Assembly: GCA_019240835.1 (NCBI GenBank)
Contig: JAFAXQ010000246.1
Span: 1-61,070 of the forward strand
DNA length: 61,070 nt
Direction: 5' to 3'
Source: Ktedonobacteraceae bacterium
Lineage (GTDB): Bacteria; Chloroflexota; Ktedonobacteria; Ktedonobacterales; Ktedonobacteraceae
Every line of letters starts with the position of its first letter. Position 1 is the stretch's first letter. A program made the translations under genes and the position numbers. Positions 18,300 to 26,441 of this stretch are shown piece after piece. The notes below the pieces were generated by a model. The model worked only from the letters and a program-made list of their open reading frames with translations, searched no databases and had not been told where the DNA came from.

Positions 18300-19799
18300 T
18301 CAACAGGATTTGATATCGTCAGTCAAGCACGTCTGCATCTCTTTCCATAACTCTCGCACATGCTGTTCGGTGGTGCGTAGGTTGCCGATAGCTACACGGA
18401 TAGTGAACTGATTGTGTATCTTCGTGTGCGAGAGAAAGAAGTGGCCGGCTACGTTGATGCGATTCATAATGCGTTCATTCAGTATATTGAGTTGTGTTTC
18501 ATCATCTATGCCGCGAGGGTGGGCGCGGAGACAGACGAGGCTAAACGGGGTAGGGGCCATCAGTTCGAAATCAGGAGCCTCTTTGACCCACTTGGCTAGT
18601 TCTTGCGCGAGCCGGATGTGCTCGCGGATGCGTGCGGCGATGCCTTCTTGTCCGAAGTAGCGCAGTACCATCCAGAGCTTGAGCGAGCGGAAGCGGCGTC
18701 CGAGTGCGTTACCGTAGTCCATCAGGTTGGGTACCTCATCGCCGCTGCTCTCGGCATTGCGCAGGAATTCGGGGGTGAGGCTAAATGCCGCTTTAACGAC
18801 ATCGGGCTTGCGAGTGTAGAAGACGCTGCAATCGACCGGGGTGAAGAGCCATTTGTGCGGGTTGACGATCAGCGAATCGGCGCGGTCGCAGCCGCTCAGA
18901 ATCCAATGCATGTCGGGATCGACGGCTGCTATACCTGCATAAGAGGCATCGACATGCAGCCAAAGCTTGTAGTGCTCACAGATGTCGGCGATGTGGGGAA
19001 TCGGATCGATACTGCTGGTTGAGGTAGTGCCGATGGTGCCGACAACGGCGAATGGGAGCCAGCCAGCGGCCCTATCTTCCTCAATGGCGCGTTCGAGTTC
19101 GGCAACGTCCATACGGAATTGGTTATCCGTTCCAATCTTATGTAGGCCCTGCTGTCCAACACCTAACACGATGGCCGCTTTGTCCACGGAGGAGTGGGCT
19201 TCTTGAGAGGTGTAGAGACGGAGGCGTGGTAGCTCACTGCGACCGGCCATCCCTTGTTGACGGATGTGAAGATCAGCAATAGTCTCGCGAGCAGCAGCTA
19301 AGGCGTAGAGGACACCCGAGGAGGCTGTATCGTTGATGATGCCAAAGAGCGGACGGGGCAACCCCAACATCTGGCGCAGCCAGTCGAGGGTCACCTGCTC
19401 TAGCTCGGTAGCAGCCGGAGAGGTGCGCCAGAGCATTGCGTTGACGTTCAGTGCGCTGCATAGCATTTCACCGAGGATGCCAGGACCAGACCCTGTAATG
19501 CCGAAGTACGCCATGAAACCAGGGCTGTTCCAATGCGTGATCCCGGGCATCAAAATCCTGTCGAAATCAGTTAGGATGGCCTCCATCGCTTCGGGATGCT
19601 TGGGAGGCTGCTCGGGTAACGCACGGCGGATGTCTCCGGGCGTATTGGGTGAGAGTACGGGATACGTGCCGACCTCCCTCAAATACTCGGCTATCCAGTC
19701 TACAATTTGATATCCATAGTGGCGGAATGCTTCCGTCTCCATGTCACCAGTGGCCGCTAGTTGCTGTGCTGCGTCTAGAGCCGTGTGTTCTTCTTTCAT
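18300..19799 (-). CDS. PLP-dependent group II decarboxylase (aromatic L-amino-acid decarboxylase-like)
   Basis: NPHKWLFTPVDCS PLP-lysine motif and DDC-family N-terminus (FRHYGYQIVDWIAEYL). Start moved to MKEEHTA (19799) with a GGAG SD, 13 nt after the upstream gene stop. Confidence 0.85.
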   Translation of the reverse strand: MKEEHTALDAAQQLAATGDMETEAFRHYGYQIVDWIAEYLREVGTYPVLSPNTPGDIRRALPEQPPKHPEAMEAILTDFDRILMPGITHWNSPGFMAYFGITGSGPGILGEMLCSALNVNAMLWRTSPAATELEQVTLDWLRQMLGLPRPLFGIINDTASSGVLYALAAARETIADLHIRQQGMAGRSELPRLRLYTSQEAHSSVDKAAIVLGVGQQGLHKIGTDNQFRMDVAELERAIEEDRAAGWLPFAVVGTIGTTSTSSIDPIPHIADICEHYKLWLHVDASYAGIAAVDPDMHWILSGCDRADSLIVNPHKWLFTPVDCSVFYTRKPDVVKAAFSLTPEFLRNAESSGDEVPNLMDYGNALGRRFRSLKLWMVLRYFGQEGIAARIREHIRLAQELAKWVKEAPDFELMAPTPFSLVCLRAHPRGIDDETQLNILNERIMNRINVAGHFFLSHTKIHNQFTIRVAIGNLRTTEQHVRELWKEMQTCLTDDIKSC

Positions 19800-19812
19800 C
19801 TGTTTCTCCTTT

Positions 19813-20664
19813 TCATGTGTTACTCTGTGGAGCGCGCCAGTAGCGACGGCTGGTGAGATTATCGCCGGGCTGGTTGGCTGTGCTAGAGACCAAACCTGCA
19901 TGTTGCAGGTGATTGAGCGCATCAAGCAAGGCTTTGGGACGCACATGTTGTGGATCAGCAAGCTGGCGTTGCAATATGCGCTGTAAGTCGGCAAGTGTCA
20001 GCCCATCTTCAGTGGGCAGTACCATAAGCACGAGATGAGCCAATCGCTGCTGCGCTTTCCAGTGGACGCTCTGTTCAAACGCCTGTTGCTGCTGCCTTGG
20101 GTTAGCTGGTGGGGGGGAGAAGCGTACCTCGAAACGGCATACAGGTGCTCCTTGCCTCATACACGTCACCTCGCGAATATGCACCGTCTCACCATAGCGC
20201 TGTGCGGCTCCCTCGATAGCCCCTAGCAGCACAGGGCACAATTTACGTGGACTGTCATAGATCAGTACCAGTTCACGTGGGTTATTGGGGGAAAGCACAT
20301 ATTTAAAAAGGGGAGGGGTCAGTGCATCGGATGCGAGATGCATCTGGGCGTGAGCATCGCTCATCACTAGCAAAAGATCACATCCACTATGCACTTGGGC
20401 GAGAAGGTACATACAGAGATGCCTTGTCAAGCCATTTATCATGAAATAGCGGCCATATTCTTGTAGTAAAGTATCCACAGGCGTACGGGTGAGTTTGCTG
20501 GCCATGCTCACTCCGGCTAGCAGAGTCCTATCATCATAGATGCGGCTCACGAGAGGAGCAGTTGCCGCCGTCTCCCCAAGAGCGGCACGATAGGCGTAGA
20601 GCAGTTTCTCGCCGAAGTGCTCGGCTAAATATTTCTCCCATGTTACAAAGATTAAGCCCTGCAT
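19813..20664 (-). CDS. H-NOX (heme NO/O2-binding) domain protein with winged-helix-like C-terminal extension
   Basis: MQGLIFVTWEKYLAEHFGEKLL aligns with the H-NOX N-terminus. A candidate proximal His lies in SDAHAQMH. Y-x-S-x-R motif (YDSPR) followed by GAIEG. The C-terminal roughly 100 aa (LTLADLQRIL...LLDALNHLQHAGLV) look wHTH-like. Confidence 0.7.
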   Translation of the reverse strand: MQGLIFVTWEKYLAEHFGEKLLYAYRAALGETAATAPLVSRIYDDRTLLAGVSMASKLTRTPVDTLLQEYGRYFMINGLTRHLCMYLLAQVHSGCDLLLVMSDAHAQMHLASDALTPPLFKYVLSPNNPRELVLIYDSPRKLCPVLLGAIEGAAQRYGETVHIREVTCMRQGAPVCRFEVRFSPPPANPRQQQQAFEQSVHWKAQQRLAHLVLMVLPTEDGLTLADLQRILQRQLADPQHVRPKALLDALNHLQHAGLVSSTANQPGDNLTSRRYWRAPQSNT

Positions 20665-20779
20665 CTAACGTTTGTTGCCTTTCAAAAAGTCTTATCATCA
20701 ACGGTTAGGGTGAAAGCATTTCCCTTTAGAAGGTCAGGAAACTGTTTCATAAAAACTTGACACTGTATTGATGAACTTA

Positions 20780-20808
20780 ACAATAGCAGAGATGAAATGA
20801 TTATGCAA
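20780..20808 (-). promoter_or_regulatory. Candidate sigma70-type promoter for the H-NOX/decarboxylase pair
   Basis: On the minus strand: TTGCAT, 17 nt, TATTGT, about 110 nt upstream of the ATG at 20664. Confidence 0.4.
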
Positions 20809-20872
20809 TCCTACCGCTGTGTCTGTGGTACTTTCATCACGTCTTGGCAGAGTATCGATCACTCTTTACCTA

Positions 20873-21880
20873 CTAGGTGCCAAATCGTCTATACTGACCT
20901 ACACCCACGCAGTCACGAACCATCTCTAGTGTTTCGTTCGCCTCTTCTCTAGCGCGACGGGCACCCTCGCGAAGAATGTCTTCTACGGTGTCCAAGTCTT
21001 GTTCAAGTTCGTGTCGCTTCGTTTTGAGCTGATCAAAGAACTCCTTTAGCTTCATCTGCAGCTCAGCCTGGGCTTGCCGACGGGTGATGCCACCTCGTTG
21101 GTAACGGCTGAGTATGTCGTTTTGTTGCTCTGGTGTCGCCATAAGTCGATACAGCGCAAAGATCGTATCCATCTTGGGGGCACGTGCGTGGCTGCTCGCT
21201 CTCGCGAGCCTCTTGATCTCGGCAAGTCTGCTGCCTAGTTCGTCGACAGCCGCAAAGATAGCAAAGGCGTTGTTGTAGCTCTTGCTCATCTTCCGGCCAT
21301 CGGTACCTGTGGCCGCATCATTGACCCTCATAGTAGGTATCGGGAAAATGGGAGTGTCAAAAGCGGTGTTAAAGGCCATTGCGATATTGCGCGTAATGAT
21401 CAACCGCTGATCCTGATCCTCTCCCACTGGCACGATTGTTGCACGTAAAGCTAGGATGTCAGCAACCGCGAGCTGGGAGGAGAGAAACGATTCTATAGAT
21501 GAGTTTATTCTTTTCGCTGCTAGGCGCATGTAGTCCATTTGTGCCTTCCTCGTAACGCAGGTCAGGATCCACATCAACTCACAGACCTGTGGTACATCGG
21601 ACTGACGGTAGAATATAGCTTTATTCGGATCCAAGCCCAGAGCCAGATAATCAAGCGCCAATGCCTGCGACTGACGTCGTAGTTGCTCTGGAGCGCGGAT
21701 TGAGATCAGTGCCTGATAGTCCGCAATGAAATAGAAAGACTCGCCGGGGTATTCATGCTGCAGTTCGATGTGTTGCTTGATAGCTGCAAAGTAATTGCCC
21801 AGGTGCAGCATATCGGTCGGCTGGAGGCCTGAGACAACGCGTGCTGGGAAGTTACCGTCGTTGACATGGCTATCTACCAT
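20873..21880 (-). CDS. trpS: Tryptophan--tRNA ligase-like class I aaRS (divergent paralogue-like)
   Basis: HLGN (HIGH), VGEDQDQ and KMSKS motifs at TrpRS spacing. Several otherwise conserved TrpRS segments are diverged. Confidence 0.75.
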   Translation of the reverse strand: MVDSHVNDGNFPARVVSGLQPTDMLHLGNYFAAIKQHIELQHEYPGESFYFIADYQALISIRAPEQLRRQSQALALDYLALGLDPNKAIFYRQSDVPQVCELMWILTCVTRKAQMDYMRLAAKRINSSIESFLSSQLAVADILALRATIVPVGEDQDQRLIITRNIAMAFNTAFDTPIFPIPTMRVNDAATGTDGRKMSKSYNNAFAIFAAVDELGSRLAEIKRLARASSHARAPKMDTIFALYRLMATPEQQNDILSRYQRGGITRRQAQAELQMKLKEFFDQLKTKRHELEQDLDTVEDILREGARRAREEANETLEMVRDCVGVGQYRRFGT

Positions 21881-21924
21881 TTTTGATACCCCTTTCCACG
21901 GCTTACGGCGAGTTCAGAACCTTG

Positions 21925-23208
21925 TCAGTTCATAGGCGAGAGCACTGGCCGTGCATGTACATGCACAGGTGGTCGTATGTCGGGCCAGAAGGTTCTGCGG
22001 TAGTTAGTAGGTAAAATCTTACGTCGATAAATCATTTCCAAGTAGGGTGTGCCACGCGTTCCGCCCGTTCCCGTCGTCGCTTCCGCAGGAAGATAGTGCC
22101 GTGCTATTCCCAAGTGCAGGCACCGCCAGGCATACAGCGCCTGATCTAGTGCCGCCGCCTGGGCAGCGAATGCCGTTGCGCCGGGGGGAGTATTCCCTTC
22201 CACTGTGCATAAGACCGTGCGGAGGTCGACAAAGCGAGGGTGGCCATAGAACACGAGATCAGCAATCTCCGGTGTGGCCGCAAAGTTCTCGGCGTTACGC
22301 TCATCTAGACCCGCGGTGAATATTTGCATGAGTTGGTAGGTGCGAGACTGTATGGCACTTGCATTTCCTGTGGCATCACGGAATTTGGCGAAGTGCTCTG
22401 GAGGCATCGTCTTGAACATCTGAAACAAGGGGACGAGTACTTTTGCGAAAGTGACCGCATCCGATAGGTGGGCAGCGGCTGAATCGAGTTGTCCGCACTT
22501 CGCACTCTCGATGGCAGCAACAACGCCTGCCAAAACCGCCCAGAAGATGCACTCAGAGATGTGGATGGTGCGCAAGAAGAGGAATTCATCGTGTTCCTGT
22601 GTCTGAGGCAGAGCAGTGAGGTAGAGAAGGGCCAAGGTTCGACTTTCATCGAGAGTATAGCTGAACCAGTCATCGGGAGGCGCATCCATCTGAATGCGTG
22701 CAAGCAGTTGGAACTGTACGTTTGTGAGTTGCGCATGTAGTTTCTGGAGAAGGTGAACCCGTCTATCGACAACGTGCAAGTCACAGCTTTGCTGTTGCCA
22801 AGGCTCTACTTGCGCCAGGGAACACACTTCAAATGATAGGAGATCTTGCAACAGCACCTGAATTGCCATCCAGCAGCGAGCACGCACAGTGGACCAAGTA
22901 GCGCGTCGGGTTGTACCCAGCACCCAGTTCAAGACGTGAATATTGGTATAGGCTGGATAGCGTGGTTCTGGGTGGTTCAGGAAGAACCATTCGGAGAACA
23001 GTACTCGTTCGGCCAAGTCAAGTGTGGTGGCAAGTTGTTTTGAAGTGAACGGTTCTTTTTGGCGGAACCAATGAATCTGTTCGTAGAGAGTTGCTGCCCG
23101 GTGTCGGAGTTCTTGGTCAAGGCTGGCACGGCCCTGACTACGCGAGAATCCAATGTACTCACGCACAGAGAGCTGCCGCAAGGCATTTCTAATCTGGTCT
23201 TCTTTCAT
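21925..23208 (-). CDS. Tryptophan 2,3-dioxygenase-superfamily heme protein with roughly 200-aa N-terminal extension
   Basis: HDEFLFLRTIHISE, FAKFRDATGNASAIQSRTYQLM and WRCLHLGIARHYL...GTGGTRGTPYL match TDO signature blocks, including the proximal-His context. Confidence 0.65.
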   Translation of the reverse strand: MKEDQIRNALRQLSVREYIGFSRSQGRASLDQELRHRAATLYEQIHWFRQKEPFTSKQLATTLDLAERVLFSEWFFLNHPEPRYPAYTNIHVLNWVLGTTRRATWSTVRARCWMAIQVLLQDLLSFEVCSLAQVEPWQQQSCDLHVVDRRVHLLQKLHAQLTNVQFQLLARIQMDAPPDDWFSYTLDESRTLALLYLTALPQTQEHDEFLFLRTIHISECIFWAVLAGVVAAIESAKCGQLDSAAAHLSDAVTFAKVLVPLFQMFKTMPPEHFAKFRDATGNASAIQSRTYQLMQIFTAGLDERNAENFAATPEIADLVFYGHPRFVDLRTVLCTVEGNTPPGATAFAAQAAALDQALYAWRCLHLGIARHYLPAEATTGTGGTRGTPYLEMIYRRKILPTNYRRTFWPDIRPPVHVHARPVLSPMN

Positions 23209-23227
23209 TAATCTGATCTTCTTTCAT
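23190..23227. repeat. 19-bp tandem duplication spanning the TDO-like start codon
   Basis: TAATCTGGTCTTCTTTCAT (23190-23208) and TAATCTGATCTTCTTTCAT (23209-23227), one mismatch, read directly. Confidence 0.9.
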
Positions 23228-23513
23228 ATAGCTCTTTCCAAGGGTTGGACTCATTACCACGAGCATAATTGAAGAAAGTTTCTTTCTTTCGGAAAGACGT
23301 GCAGGGATTTCATTTTTAGGGATGAATATACCGACAAGCGGATTTTATGGGTGGGGGGATCAAGCTCTTGGTAAGAACTGTGTATGCCCCATGAATGCGA
23401 CGAATGCGTCGGTTTTTTGCGCCACACGTTGGAAAGCATGTCACTTCTGTACATAAGCGGCTATGTGCTCGTGTATGCTTTCTCCAAATTTAGCCAAAAG
23501 GGGTGATGAGTAG

Positions 23514-23542
23514 TTGACAAATTGCTGGAACAAAGCTATAGT
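23514..23542 (+). promoter_or_regulatory. Near-consensus sigma70-type promoter of the ilv operon leader
   Basis: TTGACA (23514-23519), 17-nt spacer, TATAGT (23537-23542). Confidence 0.6.
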
Positions 23543-23680
23543 AGCAATATATTCTTCAGGGTGCTTGAAGCATTGAAACGGGTGATACAAAGTGCTCCGA
23601 CGAAGGCGACATAGTAGTCTTTGTGTCAACCAGATGAAACTGCTTCAAAAAAACCCCCTTGCAGTTGGTGGAGTACAGTC

Positions 23681-23995
23681 ATGTTGGCAACGTTTAGTAC
23701 AACAGAGATAGCAATGGCCGCTTATCAAGGTGGTATTGAACGTATGCCCTCCTCTCTGCCTGCAATGTGTATGTGCATATCAGCCATGGCTACCACCGCT
23801 GCTAGCATCACTCTTGTAAGAACCGACGTATCTGCGTCGGTTTCTTTATTTGTCGTGCCGCTTCTTGTGTGCTTCCTTCTTCTTGTATGTGTATTAATTA
23901 GCCTCCTCCTTACGCGCCTTACCAGACTTGTTGGGCTTGAGAGTCTGGTAGGGCTAACGAGGGAACTAGCCACAAACACGCTACGGGGAGATTAA
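23681..23995 (+). promoter_or_regulatory. Leader ORF with Leu/Val-rich 3' half (candidate attenuation peptide or small membrane protein)
   Basis: ATG at 23681 with a GGTGGAG SD 7 nt upstream. The last 46 codons (from 23855) contain 16 Leu, 6 Val and 1 Ile. The ORF ends 41 nt before a perfect terminator. Confidence 0.35.
23821..23852 (+). terminator. Terminator-like hairpin inside the ilv leader
   Basis: AACCGACG-tatctg-CGTCGGTT followed by TCTTTATTTG. Confidence 0.4.
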
Positions 23996-24036
23996 GGAAG
24001 CAACGAGGCAACCCAATCCAAAGAAGGTAATTTGAT

Positions 24037-24068
24037 GAGAACCTCCCTTGTGGGAGGTTCTCTTTTTT
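24037..24068 (+). terminator. Intrinsic terminator (attenuator) 27 nt upstream of ilvB
   Basis: GAGAACCTCCC-ttgt-GGGAGGTTCTC followed by TTTTTT. No room for a separate promoter before the ilvB start at 24095. Confidence 0.75.
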
Positions 24069-24094
24069 ATCATCATTTATTCTCAGGAGGAATT

Positions 24095-25870
24095 ATGGCA
24101 GTAGCTGCGAAGGCTCTGCAACAGCAGAGCGCAATACATCAAACAAGCCGACAGGAAGAAGATATTCGTGAACTGGCAGGTAGCCATATTCTCTGTGAGG
24201 CACTTGTGCGCGAAGGGGTGGAGCTGCTCTATGGCTATCCCGGTGGAGCAATTATGCCCTTCTATGATGCACTCACCTCCTATCCGACGCTCCATCACGT
24301 GCTGGTACGACATGAGCAGGCCGCAGCCCATGCCGCTGATGGCTATGCGCGGGCAACAGGCAAAGTCGGCGTTTGCGTTGCAACCAGCGGTCCTGGTGCA
24401 ACCAATCTTGTGACGGGCCTTGCTACAGCGTACATGGACTCAACATCGGTTGTTGCCATCACTGGCCAAGTCGGTCGGCCTCTTATCGGGCGCGATGCCT
24501 TCCAGGAGACAGATATGCTCGGCGTCACTCAGCCGATCACCAAGCACAACTTCTTGGTGCGCAACACTGAAGAGATTGCTGATGTCGTGCATGAGGCATT
24601 TCGTGTTGCGCGTAGTGGTCGTCCTGGCCCTGTGCTCATTGATGTCCCCAAGGATGTGCAGCAAACTAAAGCCTACTATCATCCCTGGGCAGCGGTGACT
24701 TCTGACGAGTATTTACGCCTTCATACCTCACCGCGTCCTGCAGCATATCTGTTGTCCCAGGCAGCCCAATTAATCGCGCAGTCACAGCGTCCACTCATTA
24801 TGGCTGGCCACGGGGTCATTCTCTCAAACGCCTATGCCGAACTGTATGCGTTCGCCGAGAAGACTTCCATTCCGGTGATTACAACGTTGCTCGGCTTAAG
24901 TGCTTTTCCCGATACCCACCCGCTGCACATCGGCATGCCTGGCATGCATGGTCCCGCCCACGTCAATGAAGCCATCGGAGTGGCGGACCTGATTATCGGT
25001 GTGGGTCTACGTTTCGATGACCGTGTGACTGGCAAGGTGAGCGAATTTGCGCCTCACGCACGTATCATTCACATCGATATCGATCCCTCGGAGATGCATA
25101 AGGTAAAGGTAGCAACCGTGCCAATCGTCGCCGATGCGAAAGTAGCATTGTCAGCTCTCACCGAAGTTGTAGCCGCCGACGACAAAAGCGCGTGGCTCAA
25201 GGAAATCCGTTCATGGGAAGCAGAGGACAATGAGCGTCTGCAAGGTGTACAGCGCAATGACAAGCTTCCTGATCCTATTGGTATCGTGCAAGCTATCTGT
25301 ACGGCTACCAATGGGGAAGCGATCATCGTCACCGATGTGGGGCAGCACCAGATGTGGACGGCACGCCACTATTGCTGGACACGTCCCAATAGTCATATCA
25401 CCTCGGGAGGGCTGGGCACGATGGGCTTCGCACTGCCCGCTGCTATGGGCGTCAAGATGGGTTGGCCGGATAGCACGGTGTGGGTCGTAGCTGGTGACGG
25501 TGGTATTCAGATGAACATTCAGGAGTTGGCCACACTGCAACAGGAAGGACTTAGTGTGAAGGTGGCTATTATGAACAACGGCTACTTGGGCATGGTGCGC
25601 CAGTGGCAGCATTTCTTCCACGCGGGCAATTACTCTGAGACGCCCATCAGTGGGCCGAACTATGTAAAGCTTGCCGATGCCTATGGGCTGACTGGCATAC
25701 AAGTCAACCGGCGCGAAGAGGTCGGGGCGGCTGTGCAGCGTGCGATGCAGACCGAAGGCTCCGTCATTATTGATTTCGTGATTGAGTCGGAAGCGAATGT
25801 CTATCCCATGGTAGCCCCCGGTTCAGCCATCACCAGCATGATCGAAGAGGTTCCGGAGGAGAAATCGTAA
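24095..25870 (+). CDS. ilvB: Acetolactate synthase large subunit
   Basis: ThDP-enzyme motifs (GYPGGAI, GPGATN, GGLGTMGFALPAA...GDGG...NN). AGGAGG SD at 24085. The ORF-track start at 24032 would run through the terminator. Confidence 0.9.
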   Translation: MAVAAKALQQQSAIHQTSRQEEDIRELAGSHILCEALVREGVELLYGYPGGAIMPFYDALTSYPTLHHVLVRHEQAAAHAADGYARATGKVGVCVATSGPGATNLVTGLATAYMDSTSVVAITGQVGRPLIGRDAFQETDMLGVTQPITKHNFLVRNTEEIADVVHEAFRVARSGRPGPVLIDVPKDVQQTKAYYHPWAAVTSDEYLRLHTSPRPAAYLLSQAAQLIAQSQRPLIMAGHGVILSNAYAELYAFAEKTSIPVITTLLGLSAFPDTHPLHIGMPGMHGPAHVNEAIGVADLIIGVGLRFDDRVTGKVSEFAPHARIIHIDIDPSEMHKVKVATVPIVADAKVALSALTEVVAADDKSAWLKEIRSWEAEDNERLQGVQRNDKLPDPIGIVQAICTATNGEAIIVTDVGQHQMWTARHYCWTRPNSHITSGGLGTMGFALPAAMGVKMGWPDSTVWVVAGDGGIQMNIQELATLQQEGLSVKVAIMNNGYLGMVRQWQHFFHAGNYSETPISGPNYVKLADAYGLTGIQVNRREEVGAAVQRAMQTEGSVIIDFVIESEANVYPMVAPGSAITSMIEEVPEEKS

Positions 25871-25871
25871 C

Positions 25872-26441
25872 ATGTCGTATTCTATTGCCCCTATTGGGCG
25901 TGCAGCGCAGAGTAGTGTGCCCCGAGGTAGCGAGCGCACCTATACCTTGGTCATTCTCGTTAATGACCGTCCGGGGGCCGTTGACCGTGTCATTGGGCTG
26001 TTGCGCCGTCGTCGTGCCAGCACCCAGGCTCTTGTCCTAGTAAGCAGTGAACTGCCAGGGGTGATACGTGTGACCGCCCAAGTAACCGACTTAGATGTAG
26101 CAGTCGATCATCTCCTGGCACAATTGCGCAAAGTCATCGATGTACGGCGGGCAGAAAATTTAACTCAGCAACAAATTGTAACGCGTGAACTGGCCCTCAT
26201 TAAGGTTAGCAGTAGTAGCACAACATGTAACGAAATTATCGAGTGTGGTCGTCTTTTCGGCGCTCACATTGTTGACAACACGCCAGAGACAGTTCTATTA
26301 GAAGTGACCGCAAATAAAGAGAAGGTAGACGAACTGATCACACTACTGGAGCAGTATGGCATTTGTGAGCTTGCCCGCTCTGGTAGTATAGCAATAGCAC
26401 GTCAGAGTTCTGCAAATATGGAGGAAGAAATTTCACTATGA
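25872..26441 (+). CDS. ilvN: Acetolactate synthase small (regulatory, ACT-domain) subunit
   Basis: [27 protein letters not shown] pattern. Positioned between ilvB and ilvC. Confidence 0.85.
   Translation: MSYSIAPIGRAAQSSVPRGSERTYTLVILVNDRPGAVDRVIGLLRRRRASTQALVLVSSELPGVIRVTAQVTDLDVAVDHLLAQLRKVIDVRRAENLTQQQIVTRELALIKVSSSSTTCNEIIECGRLFGAHIVDNTPETVLLEVTANKEKVDELITLLEQYGICELARSGSIAIARQSSANMEEEISL

Noticed and set aside
19800-19994. ORF-track N-terminal extension of the decarboxylase, overlapping the H-NOX gene.
   Set aside because: The extension lies out of frame within the 3' end of the H-NOX gene. An internal Met with a GGAG SD, 13 nt after the H-NOX stop, gives the family-typical N-terminus.
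23640-23760. T-box-like strings in the ilv leader (GGTGGAGTAC at about 23667 and AAGGTGGTATTGAACG at about 23727).
   Set aside because: They are not adjacent to or overlapping either terminator stem as a T-box antiterminator requires, and no Stem I features were recognised. I kept only the attenuator interpretation.
24032-24094. ORF-track start of ilvB at 24032 (MMRTSLVGGSLFYHH...).
   Set aside because: This extension is the translation of the terminator hairpin itself. The AGGAGG SD and the family-typical N-terminus support 24095.
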